Shown: positions 1 through 10,118 of the stretch, one piece after another
Position numbering within the stretch: the stretch's first letter is position 1
How the letters are laid out: every line of letters begins with the position of its first letter
Source of the DNA: Syntrophorhabdaceae bacterium
GTDB lineage: Bacteria > Desulfobacterota > Syntrophorhabdia > Syntrophorhabdales > Syntrophorhabdaceae
DNA: 64,000 nt
Assembly (NCBI GenBank): GCA_963666485.2
Contig: CAXXUO010000009.1
Location: forward strand, 384,001-448,000
Direction of reading: 5' to 3'
Notes under the pieces: model-generated
The model's database searches: none
Told to the model about the DNA's origin: nothing
What the model saw: only the letters and a program-made list of their open reading frames with translations
Translations under genes and position numbers: made by a program

Positions 1-837
1 GACGCATGCGCATCGCAGTACTTTCATAAGGTCAATCCCCCTGCGCACCGCGCGCTCAACGAGCAGGTTGATATGTCCGCGCACAAGCATGTCGGGATGC
101 GTATCGTCGGTACACAGCATGCATTGCCCGGGATGGTCCGTGATCAGAGTACAGAGCGTATCGAAATTCCTGACTGCCGAGCCTTCCCGGATAAGTATTT
201 TCATGCCGAGAGACAACTTTTCCCGGGCCTCTTCGATCTCGAACGACTCGTGGTCGGTCGATATGCCGGCCTCTACATAAGCCCGGAGAGCTTCGCCGCG
301 AAGTCCCGGTGCGTGGCCATCGACAGGTTTACCCGCTGCCCGTGCGGCTTCCAGCTTCGCGATCACCTCCGGGTCGCCATTGATAACCCCGGGGTAATTC
401 ATCATCTCACCCAGGTACCCGATGTCATCCCTTAGCAGGAGGCGTTCTATTTCGGCGGCCCCAATATGGGAACCGGATGTCTCGAAGGGGCTCGCCGGTA
501 CACATGACGGGGCGCCGAACGAAAAAATAAAGGGCAGTCCCGACCCGCTCTCTATCATATAATCGATCCCCGGCAATCCCATGACATTCGCGATCTCGTG
601 CGGGTCGGATACGCTGGCGACAGTTCCGTGGACGACGGCGATCCGGGCAAAACCGGCCGGGGTCAGCATGGAACTCTCGATGTGAATGTGTGAATCAACA
701 AATCCGGGCAGGATATACCTGTCGGACCAGTACCTTTCCCGCTCGATCCCCGTGATGATGCCGCCCTCCATCCGGACAGTACCGGGAAAGATGGTCTCGT
801 TGTGGATATCGACGATATTACCGGATACGCTGGTCAT
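1..837 (-). CDS. ade: Adenine deaminase (5' part; runs off the window)
   Basis: Manual minus-strand translation from ATG at 837: MTSVSGNIVDIH...YILPGFVDSHIHIESSMLTPAGFARIAVVHGTVASVSDPHEIANVMG, the amidohydrolase HxH motif typical of Ade; not in ORF track because truncated. Confidence 0.9.
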   Translation of the reverse strand, partial: MTSVSGNIVDIHNETIFPGTVRMEGGIITGIERERYWSDRYILPGFVDSHIHIESSMLTPAGFARIAVVHGTVASVSDPHEIANVMGLPGIDYMIESGSGLPFIFSFGAPSCVPASPFETSGSHIGAAEIERLLLRDDIGYLGEMMNYPGVINGDPEVIAKLEAARAAGKPVDGHAPGLRGEALRAYVEAGISTDHESFEIEEAREKLSLGMKILIREGSAVRNFDTLCTLITDHPGQCMLCTDDTHPDMLVRGHINLLVERAVRRGIDLMKVLRCACV

Positions 838-882
838 TCATTCCTTCCCTGGTGCCGCCCCCTTCCGGGGCCGCGTTTCGAT

Positions 883-947
883 AAAAAAATAACCGGCAGC
901 CGCCCAAGGGATCAACATATATCGATCGTTTGGCGGCTGGCGGTTAT
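883..947 (-). terminator. Rho-independent terminator after porG-like gene
   Basis: Stem ATAACCG(C/G)CAGCCGCC with a long loop, followed on the minus strand by a T7 run. Confidence 0.6.
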
Positions 948-972
948 CTCGCAATGCCTCGCGTTACGTCCG

Positions 973-1524
973 CTACTCCGCGGTGATTGTCACTGCCTCG
1001 TTATACGCCCGGGTATACGCATTGATATTCTTCTGCCCGTTGACGCCGAAACGGCTGCGGACAGGCTCTTCGAGGGCGCTGAGGTCGACCACTTTCGTCG
1101 CCAGGACCAGGGCCCCGAGCATCGTCGTGTTCGTGATAGGAACGCCAAGCTCTTCCTTGGCTATCTTCGACGCGTCCACCGCCACGATATTGTGGCCGGG
1201 AAATGCCTTTTTCAGTTCCTCTACCGATTTATTGCTATTGATGATGATATAACCACCCTTCTTCAGTCCTGCGGTCGGGTTCGCGGATTCTATCAGCGTC
1301 GGGTCGAGTATCAGGACGCTGTCGGGTTTGTACACTTTAGACCTTAAGCGGATCGGTTTGTCCGACACGCGTAAAAAAGCCTGTACCGGTGCGCCGCGGC
1401 GCTCCGGCCCGAAGCTCGGGAAAGCCTGCGCTGTCATGCCCTGCTTGATCGCTGCCTGGGCGATGATCTCCGCAGATGTTACGGCCCCCTGTCCGCCCCT
1501 TCCATGAAATCTGACTTCTAGCAT
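973..1524 (-). CDS. porG: Pyruvate/2-oxoacid:ferredoxin oxidoreductase gamma subunit
   Basis: EVRFHGRGGQGAVT, SFGPERRGAPV, NTTMLGAL motifs. Confidence 0.9.
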   Translation of the reverse strand: MLEVRFHGRGGQGAVTSAEIIAQAAIKQGMTAQAFPSFGPERRGAPVQAFLRVSDKPIRLRSKVYKPDSVLILDPTLIESANPTAGLKKGGYIIINSNKSVEELKKAFPGHNIVAVDASKIAKEELGVPITNTTMLGALVLATKVVDLSALEEPVRSRFGVNGQKNINAYTRAYNEAVTITAE

Positions 1525-1537
1525 ATCTCTTCTCCTT

Positions 1538-2983
1538 TTAAGAAACTGAAGTTTTTATACGCCACTGTGTGCCTTGAGGAGTGTCAAGAAGCATGATCCC
1601 TTTTTCGGCCAGCATATTTCTTATCTCGTCCGCTTTCTGGAAATTCTTGGCTTTGCGCGCCTCGATCCGGTCACGAATGGCATTCTCGACGAACGAGGCG
1701 TCGAGGCCCATGCGTGCAAGATGACGCATCTTTGCCTGATTTTCAAAAGATTCGAAACTGTCTTCCAGGAGTCCCAAAGTCCCGGCGAGGGACTCGAACA
1801 TCTGGTTTGCGGATGCTATGAGCGGCAGCGCGCCCGCATCCTTATCATCGAGCATCCGGTTTATCTCTTTTGAAAGCTCGAATATATGGGAGAGTGCCAG
1901 GGCCGTATTGAAATCGTCATCCATGGCCTCAATGAATTTCTTGTTTATCTCTTCTGCCTGTTCGAAACTGCGGGCCTCGAAGCTTTTTCCCTTCTGGGCC
2001 TCGAGCGCCCTGTGCCGGGTGTAATAAAGCCGCTGGAGCGCAGTATTCACGTCATCGATCGATTGGCCGTTATAATCGACGGGGCTGCGATAGTGGTTCG
2101 AGAGATAGAAGAGCCGAAGCGCCTCGGGATGATAGTCTTTCAGGAATTCCTTGATCGACAGCGTGTTGCCTATCGACTTCGACATCTTTTCCCGGTCAAT
2201 GTTGACAAAACCGTTATGCACCCAGTAATTCACAAATTTCTGACCGGTTGCTGCTTCGGTCTGCGCCTTTTCATTCTCATGGTGCGGGAATACAAGGTCT
2301 TTTCCACCGCCGTGGATATCGAAAGGATTGCCGAGGAACAACGTGCTCATGGCGGAACATTCGATATGCCATCCCGGCCGCCCCTTCCCGAACGGGGCAT
2401 CCCATGACGGCTCACCTTCTTTCGATGCCTTCCAGAGGGCGAAATCGAGTGGGTTCCTCTTCTTTTCGTCGACGTCGACCCGGGCGCCGGACATCATTTC
2501 GTCTAGCGGCCGTTTCGAGAGTTGGCCATAGTTCCTGAAACTGTCCACGGAAAAATAGACATCACCGTCGATATTGTAGGCATGGCCCTTTTTTATCAGC
2601 GAATCGACCAGGGTTATCATATCGCCGATATGATCGGTCGCGCGGGGTTCATGGGTAGGCCGCATAATGCCCAAGGCGTCCATGTCCTCGTAAAATGAAG
2701 CGATATATTTCTGGCCGACTTCCTGCCAGGGTATGTTTTCCTCGTGGGACCTGCGGATGATCTTGTCATCGATATCTGTGAAATTCCTGACATAGGTCAC
2801 GTCATAGCCCTTCGACCGCAAATACCGGTACATGGTATCGAAAACTATGGCACTCCGGGCATGGCCTATGTGGCAGTGGTCATACACGGTCACACCACAG
2901 ACGTAGAGTTTTACCGCGCCCTCGGTTATGGGGGTAAAATCTTCTTTTTTTCCGGATATTGTATTGTAAACCTTCAGGGCCAT
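1538..2983 (-). CDS. cysS: Cysteine--tRNA ligase
   Basis: YVCGVTVYDHCHIGH (HIGH), GRPGWHIECSAM, KMSKS; start moved to MALKVYNT by homology. Confidence 0.97.
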   Translation of the reverse strand: MALKVYNTISGKKEDFTPITEGAVKLYVCGVTVYDHCHIGHARSAIVFDTMYRYLRSKGYDVTYVRNFTDIDDKIIRRSHEENIPWQEVGQKYIASFYEDMDALGIMRPTHEPRATDHIGDMITLVDSLIKKGHAYNIDGDVYFSVDSFRNYGQLSKRPLDEMMSGARVDVDEKKRNPLDFALWKASKEGEPSWDAPFGKGRPGWHIECSAMSTLFLGNPFDIHGGGKDLVFPHHENEKAQTEAATGQKFVNYWVHNGFVNIDREKMSKSIGNTLSIKEFLKDYHPEALRLFYLSNHYRSPVDYNGQSIDDVNTALQRLYYTRHRALEAQKGKSFEARSFEQAEEINKKFIEAMDDDFNTALALSHIFELSKEINRMLDDKDAGALPLIASANQMFESLAGTLGLLEDSFESFENQAKMRHLARMGLDASFVENAIRDRIEARKAKNFQKADEIRNMLAEKGIMLLDTPQGTQWRIKTSVS

Positions 2984-3037
2984 AGCGTTGACCGTAATAT
3001 TTACCATAGCTATCGCGGACTTGTCAAAGCAATTGAA

Positions 3038-4393
3038 TCAGGGGCAGCGGCCTTCTTTCAGGTTTTGCGCCCCCGTGCGGAAGTTTTGCACAAGCCCCGC
3101 AAGGAGGTTCCGATAATAGGGAATGGACCCTTCCGCGGCATTGGTTATCATCTCGTTCGCCTTCATCGCATTCACATGGTCACGGATGGTAGGCACGCCA
3201 TTGCCGGACATCGGTCCGGCTTCTCTCGCCCTTAATGCACCTACCTCCCGGGGCAGTTTACTTTCGTATAACATCTGGAAGGCATCTATTGCCGCGAGGT
3301 ATTTATCGACGGCATCGGGAGGAATATCCTTCAGGATACCTTCCTTATTTGCCAGCTGGAGATAGCTGCAGGCCATATCGACAAACCCCGCGAGACCGAT
3401 CATGAAGAAATCGAGTTTATCGAGGGCGGATGCCGGTTCTTTCGCCTTCGCAACGCTCATCATAACGGCTGCAACCTGCCGGACCCGGGACAGAAAGATC
3501 CATTCCCGGGCGCACGCGGCGGCATGCTGCAGGATGTGCCCGACAAGATGAACGATATTACTCTCCGATAATGTTCCGATATCGCATTGCTTCGAAAACA
3601 TCTTCACCGACCGTTCAATGTCGCTTCGTTTCAGAGTATCCAGGATATCCTTGTGGCCCTCCAGAAGATCTTCCCTCAGGGAAGGCGGTATCCTGGACAG
3701 TGCATCGATAATGAAATCCGGAAAAATTTCGTCCAGAAGGTGAATCTGCTCCGATGGCCCGGTCGCTGACTCCCCGGGCACATTGGCAGACCGGGACCTT
3801 TCCCGCATAAATTTTTGAAAGATCGGCTCGATCTTGCCCGACCGGTCCATCTCCTTGACCAGGGGATCATATCGTACCGGGTCTTGCCTGGCGGCCGAGA
3901 CGATCTCCGACGCCTTTCTCAAGGTATTGTAGTGCAGGCCAACGGCCTCGGCCGCATGAGACCTGGCGGACCTGTGACAGCGGTCCTTTTCCGGGCCGCC
4001 CGGTACCGTGCCGACGGGGTTTGATAGCGAGGATACCTTTTCCGGTGCTATCTGGCCTGCAATGCCCATCCGCTTACGTTCTTCCTTGAGCGCCTCGAAA
4101 ATGGCTACCTTCTCCGATATCGTGAAATCCAGCCTGCATGTGTTCTCATCGTGCTCGCCGCGGATGATGCTGTCAATATCAATAAGGTTTACATGAACCC
4201 CCTCGGTCAGTTCCGTAATGCCCAGCTCTTCGAGCGCTTTCAGCCGGCGAAACCCCGCGACAAGTTCGTTCGTCCCTTTTTTGATGACGATCGGTTGAAG
4301 AAGCCCGACATCCGATATCGATCTTTTCAGAGACCCAATATCCCCCACGACCGTTCTATGCCTCTTCCCGATGATGATATCTTTTATTTCCAT
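3038..4393 (-). CDS. ParB/Srx N-terminal domain protein with HTH and an unknown helical C-terminal domain
   Basis: GLLQPIVI...LVAGFRRLKA (ParB box, GxRR), ENxxR motif, HTH-like AAEAVGLHYNTLRKA; GGAGG RBS. Confidence 0.8.
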   Translation of the reverse strand: MEIKDIIIGKRHRTVVGDIGSLKRSISDVGLLQPIVIKKGTNELVAGFRRLKALEELGITELTEGVHVNLIDIDSIIRGEHDENTCRLDFTISEKVAIFEALKEERKRMGIAGQIAPEKVSSLSNPVGTVPGGPEKDRCHRSARSHAAEAVGLHYNTLRKASEIVSAARQDPVRYDPLVKEMDRSGKIEPIFQKFMRERSRSANVPGESATGPSEQIHLLDEIFPDFIIDALSRIPPSLREDLLEGHKDILDTLKRSDIERSVKMFSKQCDIGTLSESNIVHLVGHILQHAAACAREWIFLSRVRQVAAVMMSVAKAKEPASALDKLDFFMIGLAGFVDMACSYLQLANKEGILKDIPPDAVDKYLAAIDAFQMLYESKLPREVGALRAREAGPMSGNGVPTIRDHVNAMKANEMITNAAEGSIPYYRNLLAGLVQNFRTGAQNLKEGRCP

Positions 4394-4425
4394 ATGCCTC
4401 CTTTAATCTCTCAAGGTCCGCAGTG

Positions 4426-4442
4426 CTGTACAATTTGTACAG
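4426..4442. promoter_or_regulatory. Perfect palindrome upstream of parB-like gene (candidate operator)
   Basis: CTGTACAA-T-TTGTACAG, 33 bp upstream of the start codon. Confidence 0.4.
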
Positions 4443-4455
4443 GGGCCTTCCTCTC

Positions 4456-5100
4456 TCACGACGACCCGAAAATTGACAGTATATTACGCTCGCTTCTCCT
4501 CAGGGCGAGCCCGAAAAGATGATTGTGCCCTGCCCCGTCGAACCAGGGCCCTGTTACCGATTCCGACGGCCCGGAATCTAAACATTCTTCATGGACCCCC
4601 GATCCTTCAGGTTCCAGGTGATCGATGTGAACCTCCGGGACTTCATCTATCTCGGCCACATTCTCGAGACCGCCCGACATGTCCGCCAGCGAGAATCGCC
4701 AGCGCTGATCTTTTCGGGCAACCCGCTTCACCCTCTGTTCTATCCAGAGGCAAATATAAGAAGCGATCTCACCCGCCGATTTCGTGAGGTCGAGCCTGCC
4801 CTGCCTCGCGATCTGTATAAGAACAACGGTCGCGTCCTGGACATAATCATTGATCTGATCGTCAATTGTTCTTCCCTTATCGATCCTTCCCAGGACAGCC
4901 CTGACAATACTGCTGACCACCCCGGCCGAGTATAATTCCTCGACCATCTTCTGCTGGCCGTTCACCCGGGCATCCGCGATCAGGCATGTAAAGTCCCCGG
5001 TATTCATGGACCGGAAGAAGGCCCGTACATACGCGGTCATGGCCTGTGCGCGTTCGCTGCCTGTATTCATCCACGCTGTCGCTTCCATGCCTTGTGTCAT
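4456..5100 (-). CDS. Hypothetical protein with a sigma-70 region-2-like segment
   Basis: DYVQDATVVLIQIA...DLTKSAGEIASYICLWIEQRVKR resembles DLxQEG..GL..A...F.TYA.WWIRQ.I; acidic tail; no evident region 4; overlaps the upstream gene (ATGA). Confidence 0.5.
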   Translation of the reverse strand: MTQGMEATAWMNTGSERAQAMTAYVRAFFRSMNTGDFTCLIADARVNGQQKMVEELYSAGVVSSIVRAVLGRIDKGRTIDDQINDYVQDATVVLIQIARQGRLDLTKSAGEIASYICLWIEQRVKRVARKDQRWRFSLADMSGGLENVAEIDEVPEVHIDHLEPEGSGVHEECLDSGPSESVTGPWFDGAGHNHLFGLALRRSERNILSIFGSS

Positions 5101-5801
5101 ATCGTTTTTCCTCTTCCGGGGGCTTCCCCGGCATCTTCCCGGCGGGCGAACCGGACCTTTGCCTTGCCATATTCCAGTATCGCCAGGCGCTCCCCGGATC
5201 CTTCGGGAAACATTCTCGCGGCAATGGAGCAGGGTATGTTCACCTCTTCCCGAGCCATCCTGAATGCGTGCCCGAGATTATCAGCGGTGGGGTATTTTTC
5301 TATAAGTGTTATCATGCCGGGATCAAGGTGGGCGCCGACAACACCGATAAATCCTTCGATCCCCTTTTTCCCCGGAAGACGCGTGTCCTTGCGTGTTCCG
5401 TAAAGCCGTCGCCGTGCTCTCATGACATTGACTGTTATAAGAAGCCCACCGGACCCGAGAAAGACCGCTGCGATGAACCGCGTGCACGCCGTGGTATGCC
5501 CCGAAGAAGATTCGACCGCCTTCTCAAGCACATCTTTCCTGATGCCGGCATAACTGCCCTTCCGTGCGAGTTCGGCGTCGAGCGTATCCCTGACACTCCG
5601 GATCCTGTACAACTCGATCTCGTAATCAGGACAGGAAAATAAGCGGGCGTAAAGGCTTGCTTGAAAATGGAGCGACGGCAGCGTGATCCTGTGCAGGACG
5701 ATCGTGCTTCGCAATGCAAAGAAAGTCAGCAGTGCCAGTATGGCCAGGCCCGCAACGACGTAAGCAACATCATCCGAGCTTTTCTTCTCGATCCTCTCCA
5801 A
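5097..5801 (-). CDS. Two-TM membrane protein, weak DotM/IcmP/TrbA-like resemblance
   Basis: Two hydrophobic helices; C-terminal AFRMAREEVNIPCS...LAILEYGK recalls the DotM C-terminus; by eye only. Confidence 0.45.
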   Translation of the reverse strand: MERIEKKSSDDVAYVVAGLAILALLTFFALRSTIVLHRITLPSLHFQASLYARLFSCPDYEIELYRIRSVRDTLDAELARKGSYAGIRKDVLEKAVESSSGHTTACTRFIAAVFLGSGGLLITVNVMRARRRLYGTRKDTRLPGKKGIEGFIGVVGAHLDPGMITLIEKYPTADNLGHAFRMAREEVNIPCSIAARMFPEGSGERLAILEYGKAKVRFARREDAGEAPGRGKTI

Positions 5802-6069
5802 TACAATCCCCCCGACGTATTGAACGATGCTGGTATTTATCTGGATTTCAAATAATAAGTTACTGCTTTGGAATTTACTGCGGGAAACAACTGGCGATGT
5901 CTATAAAAATATATTTCGAGAAATACTGTCAAGATAAATATAGCGTACGGCACAATCAAAAATTAATAATTGCGGGGAACTGCCGTTTTGATGCGACCGG
6001 GGGCTATATCTCCTTATAAGGGACCGATCTTTTAAAGTGTCCCTGCCAGTTTTACCCGGAGGAGAAAAT

Positions 6070-6693
6070 ATGCGGGTCCTTATAGTTGCGGGCCTCGCCT
6101 GCTTTCTGACGGCCTGTTATATTCCTGCGAGCGGAGCCGTTGAAGCCGATCTTTCAAAGGTCTGTAATGAACTTAATGTGATGAAGAAAGAGGAACCCGA
6201 AAAGTACAGGGATTTCCGCTATGCCCTGCGGCATATACGCAGCGTCAACAGGAAGCAGTCAAACATTACATCTCTCCTTGTGGCAAAAGCGATAGCGGAC
6301 CATGTGCATGAAAAGAGGTTCCGGTATACATCCGAGGAACACAGGCTCAATTTCTTTTCTGTCATTATGGGTATCATTCGGGTCGAAAGCGGCTTTAACC
6401 CGGATGCCGTCAGCGGCAAGGACGCCCGCGGCCTGATGCAGGTCCACTGGCCGACATGGAAGAGATATTTTTCGTCACAGGAAGATATCCACGATATTCA
6501 CAGGAATCTTTCGGTGGGCACGGCAATTCTTACAGGGTACATGGCCGCATCGCGGAACGACCTCCGCGCCGCCTTGCACAAATACCTGGGCGCAAAGGAC
6601 GACGGATACGCGAACAAGGTGATCGCAAGCGCGCTATCTTTCAAGAAGAGCGTCCTGTTGCAGCCCATAAAGGATATGCCGGGTACGCAATAG
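6070..6693 (+). CDS. Lytic transglycosylase (SLT domain), exported
   Basis: IIRVESGFNPDAVS..ARGLMQV (catalytic Glu and GLMQ); N-terminal signal; GGAGGA RBS. Confidence 0.85.
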   Translation: MRVLIVAGLACFLTACYIPASGAVEADLSKVCNELNVMKKEEPEKYRDFRYALRHIRSVNRKQSNITSLLVAKAIADHVHEKRFRYTSEEHRLNFFSVIMGIIRVESGFNPDAVSGKDARGLMQVHWPTWKRYFSSQEDIHDIHRNLSVGTAILTGYMAASRNDLRAALHKYLGAKDDGYANKVIASALSFKKSVLLQPIKDMPGTQ

Positions 6694-6710
6694 CGTCCCC
6701 GGTAAACATT

Positions 6711-7364
6711 TTATTGTACTATCGGAACAAGATCCATCGGGTGTTCGAGCAGGAATTCGGCTCCATTGGAGACGAGTTCCTCTTTCGTCCTGAAACCCCA
6801 CAGGGCGCCGGCGGGGTGCATCCCCGCATTGCGGGCGGTTTGCATATCTACGTCGGAATCCCCGACGTATATCAGGTCCCCGGGTTCGATCCCGAGGCGC
6901 GCGCTTATTGCAAGGACCCCTTTCGGGTCCGGTTTTTCGGGCAGTTCAGGGCCGGACCCGAGAACAACGGCAAAATCGCAACCGGAAAAAAGCTCCGCCA
7001 TGATCTTCTTTGTAAGGTCATCGACCTTGTTTGAAAAAACGGCCCTGGCAATCTTAAGCCGCATGAGCTCCGTAAGCAGGTCAATGATGCCGGCGTACGG
7101 TCGGGTCATGTTGAGGTAATTTGCCCCGTATTCCGCGAGCAGCGCATCGCGGCAAAGCCCGATCTGCGCGGCATCCCGGGCATCCTCCGGCAAAGCCCTG
7201 ATAACGAGGTTCGTCATCCCGCGCCCGACAAACGCCTTGTACGTGTCGGTGCTATGCGTGGGAAAACCGTAGGTCGCCAGGACTTTGTTCATGGAATCCG
7301 CTATATCGTCAAGGGAATTAACAAGCGTCCCGTCAAGATCGAAAATGACACCCTTGTAGCGCAT
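6711..7364 (-). CDS. HAD-family hydrolase (phosphoglycolate phosphatase-like)
   Basis: FDLDGTLVNS, SNK, KPDP, YVGDSDVD motifs. Confidence 0.9.
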   Translation of the reverse strand: MRYKGVIFDLDGTLVNSLDDIADSMNKVLATYGFPTHSTDTYKAFVGRGMTNLVIRALPEDARDAAQIGLCRDALLAEYGANYLNMTRPYAGIIDLLTELMRLKIARAVFSNKVDDLTKKIMAELFSGCDFAVVLGSGPELPEKPDPKGVLAISARLGIEPGDLIYVGDSDVDMQTARNAGMHPAGALWGFRTKEELVSNGAEFLLEHPMDLVPIVQ

Positions 7365-7423
7365 CAATCCTCCGGCAGCGTATTTTTGCATAATAACGTA
7401 AAGCAGATCCGGAGAAACGTCAC

Positions 7424-8116
7424 CTATTTTTTCGTTCCGTCCGGCCAGGTGGCATCCGTAAGGTCTGCTTCTTCGAGGTCGGTAAGTGTCATGTCTGCGC
7501 GCGTGAGGTTTGCCCCGGCGAGATTAGCGTAGGCAAGCCTGGCGCGCGAGATATCAACCCCCGCGAGATTCACCCGGGCCAGATTGGCTCGGGAAAGGTT
7601 GGCATAGGAAAGGTCCGCATACGACAGGTTTGCCCCGGTGAGGTCAGACCCGATGAGCCCGGCGAGGGCAAGGTCCGCGCGTTCGAGGTCGCACCCCGCG
7701 AGATCGGCCCCGTTGAGGTCCGCCCCTGCCAGGTTGGCCCGGCTCAAATTCGCACCGGTCAGGATCGCGTTCGAACAATTTGCGCGGGAAAGGTCCACAC
7801 CCGACAGGTTTGCCCGGATGAGCCGGGCCTCCGAAAGGTCCGCTTCACACAGGGTCGCCCGGTAGAAGTTGGCGCGGGAAAGGTCGGCGTCGACGAGGAT
7901 GCAGCCGGACATGTCCGTCGCGGAAAGATTGGCCCTTACAAGGCTCGCGCCGGAGAGATCGGCACCGGACAAAATGGCCTGCGACAAATTAGCACCGGCC
8001 ATCTGTGCCCCGGATAGATCGAGCCTTGAAAGGTTCGCACACGCACCGCCCCGGTTGCTAAGCCACATCAGATGTTGAGACAGAACTTTCCTGAGATCTT
8101 TATCCGTTATTTCCAT
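7424..8116 (-). CDS. Pentapeptide repeat protein
   Basis: Long A(N/D)LxG/R repeats, ends ATWPDG. Confidence 0.95.
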   Translation of the reverse strand: MEITDKDLRKVLSQHLMWLSNRGGACANLSRLDLSGAQMAGANLSQAILSGADLSGASLVRANLSATDMSGCILVDADLSRANFYRATLCEADLSEARLIRANLSGVDLSRANCSNAILTGANLSRANLAGADLNGADLAGCDLERADLALAGLIGSDLTGANLSYADLSYANLSRANLARVNLAGVDISRARLAYANLAGANLTRADMTLTDLEEADLTDATWPDGTKK

Positions 8117-8134
8117 AATAATATGCCGGGGTGA

Positions 8135-8392
8135 TTACCAGAGCGTAGGCGAACTGGCGGCCCATCCACGGGCCTTCAGGCACGCATCGACCTCGTCGCA
8201 GACCCGTGTACCCTTCTGCGAATAGGTCTGTTCCGCTATTTTGGTGCACGCCGCTTTGTCCCGGTCGAAATCAGCCTGGGTCTTGCCGCGCTGCGAATAA
8301 TTGACGACGCAGCCGGAGAGGACGAGAGGAAGCGCCAGGCATAGCCCCGCAAATAGCCACCCGGGTTTTCCCCTGCGAAGATAGGATATCAT
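8135..8392 (-). CDS. Small lipoprotein
   Basis: Lipobox LSGC; DFDRDKAAC...CLKARGW; RBS AAGGAGG before ATG at 8392. Confidence 0.7.
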   Translation of the reverse strand: MISYLRRGKPGWLFAGLCLALPLVLSGCVVNYSQRGKTQADFDRDKAACTKIAEQTYSQKGTRVCDEVDACLKARGWAASSPTLW

Positions 8393-8563
8393 CGCGCCCT
8401 CCTTCGTGTTTCGCTGGGCAAAATACAGCACGGTCCGAAGAGGATCAGCCCTTTTAAAAGATTTTCCTGCAATGCGTTCCATTTTGCAACAAAGAATTGC
8501 GAAGAATTACATAGGACCGATCATAGGATTATTCTTGCCTTTATCCGCCCCGAAATACTATAA

Positions 8564-9076
8564 ATGAGTAATATGCTGGCATACACAGAGGAGGAACTGG
8601 ACCGGATACGGCAGGAATGCATGAAAATGTCCAACAGGCGCGCCCTGATCTCGGCAGCCGCATCGATAGTGCCGGTCCCGTTCACCGACATTGCAACGGA
8701 TATCATGGTCCTGAAGGACATTATCCCGAAAATAACGCAAAAATTTGGCCTCGCGAAAGAACAGATAAGCGGGTACGATCCGCAGCTGTCCATCATTATC
8801 TACGAAACGGCCAGGGAAATGGGGTCAAAGATCATCGGCAGGTGCCTGACGAAGGACCTCGTCTTCAGCCTCTTGAAAAAGATGGGCGTAAAGAAACTGA
8901 CCACGAAGCAGGTGGCCAGGTATTTGCCGCTCATCGGGCAGGTCATTTCCGCCGGGATGAGCTACGGCGGGATGATGCTCATCATCCGGCACCACATCAA
9001 CGAGTGCCACAAGGTCGCCCGGATCGTTGCCGGCAGGGTGGGCAGCCGCGAAAAGATACACCAGTTGACACGTTAA
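8564..9076 (+). CDS. DUF697/YcjF-like protein
   Basis: AAASIVPVPFTDIATD and YLPLIGQVISAG motifs. Confidence 0.65.
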   Translation: MSNMLAYTEEELDRIRQECMKMSNRRALISAAASIVPVPFTDIATDIMVLKDIIPKITQKFGLAKEQISGYDPQLSIIIYETAREMGSKIIGRCLTKDLVFSLLKKMGVKKLTTKQVARYLPLIGQVISAGMSYGGMMLIIRHHINECHKVARIVAGRVGSREKIHQLTR

Positions 9077-9402
9077 TCTCCGTACGCCCCGCTTTCTATC
9101 CTCTGAAGAAATCCGTTCTCAAACGTAAGGTAATAAATAAATCGGGAAGGGCCGAGGTTATACGTCCATTCCTCGATCTCCACCATCTCGAAATACCCGG
9201 GGGGAAGTCCCCGGGTGACCGTCCTGCGGGAAATATACGTAGGGGTGTCGCACTTAGCCGCGACGATGGAAAGCCTGTCGTGGACCGCTACAATAGTTCC
9301 GTTGGGGCATCGGAACGTGTCCGAGACCGCGGCAAATACAGGGAAGTATAACAGGCACCATGCGGTTACCGCACATAAAATAACTCCTATGGACCGGGTC
9401 AT
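9073..9402 (-). CDS. DUF2845 family exported protein
   Basis: Signal peptide; TFRC.NG..V...KC..P; EEWTYNLGPSRFIYYLTFENG. Confidence 0.8.
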   Translation of the reverse strand: MTRSIGVILCAVTAWCLLYFPVFAAVSDTFRCPNGTIVAVHDRLSIVAAKCDTPTYISRRTVTRGLPPGYFEMVEIEEWTYNLGPSRFIYYLTFENGFLQRIESGAYGD

Positions 9403-9662
9403 ATTTGCCTCCCTTGTATATTTCAATCTTCGCGGAACGGGGCCCTTGTGTCAAGGAATACTATCCCCGGTGTCGTCGTATGACCACGCCTCATGCACCT
9501 GAAGGATCTGAACGGCATAAGCGCCATCCTCAAACTTTTCTAAACATCGTCTAAAAAATCCTGCATTCGTGTACTGAAAACTATACATACCGGTCCGCTA
9601 CCCGCAAGGATGCTCGACAGGATTTCCCTTGAATTCCAAAGAGTTCTTTATACTCGGGCAAA

Positions 9663-9678
9663 CGGTATGCAAATTGCT
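9663..9678 (+). promoter_or_regulatory. Candidate sigma-54 (-24/-12) promoter
   Basis: cGGtatgcaaaTTGCt: GG-N10-GC with TTGCT, upstream of the 9855 ORF. Confidence 0.45.
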
Positions 9679-9854
9679 TTGTAACAGAGATATTGAGATA
9701 TGCGTTTTTCGACGCAGATCTTATTCAGGAAATTAGGTCTTATTTTGGTTGTGGTTTTGTAATATTGGCTTTTCACAATCATTTTAGCAAAATCTTATCG
9801 GTAAGAAAGGTCGGCGTTCTTAGAACGACGCAAACCACAAGGGGGGAAGAAAAA

Positions 9855-10118
9855 ATGACGCGTGATAACATATTGATCAAGACGCGGGACCTGGTTAGCG
9901 GGATCGAATGCGACTACGTTTTCACCCGGGAACAGGCGGAAAAGATAATGAAAGCGGCGATTGATGAGCTTATCTCTCTCGGAAAGGAAGGCGCATGGAT
10001 CTGGGTCAGAAACAGCGAGATCGCCATCACTTTTGGCTACGGGGGAGACAAGGCCTTCCTGGAAAAAAACAGGGTCCTGAGTCAAATAGAGACACAAATG
10101 CTCTGCAGTTGTTTATGA
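9855..10118 (+). CDS. Hypothetical protein (87 aa)
   Basis: G-rich RBS before ATG at 9855; plausible composition. Confidence 0.6.
   Translation: MTRDNILIKTRDLVSGIECDYVFTREQAEKIMKAAIDELISLGKEGAWIWVRNSEIAITFGYGGDKAFLEKNRVLSQIETQMLCSCL

Noticed and set aside
7424..8116. 15-bp periodic DNA repeats
   Set aside because: Explained by pentapeptide-repeat coding
9650..9850. GGCAAA / GACGCAAA words suggesting a c-di-GMP-I riboswitch
   Set aside because: The elements are too far apart and the P2/P3 stems cannot be formed
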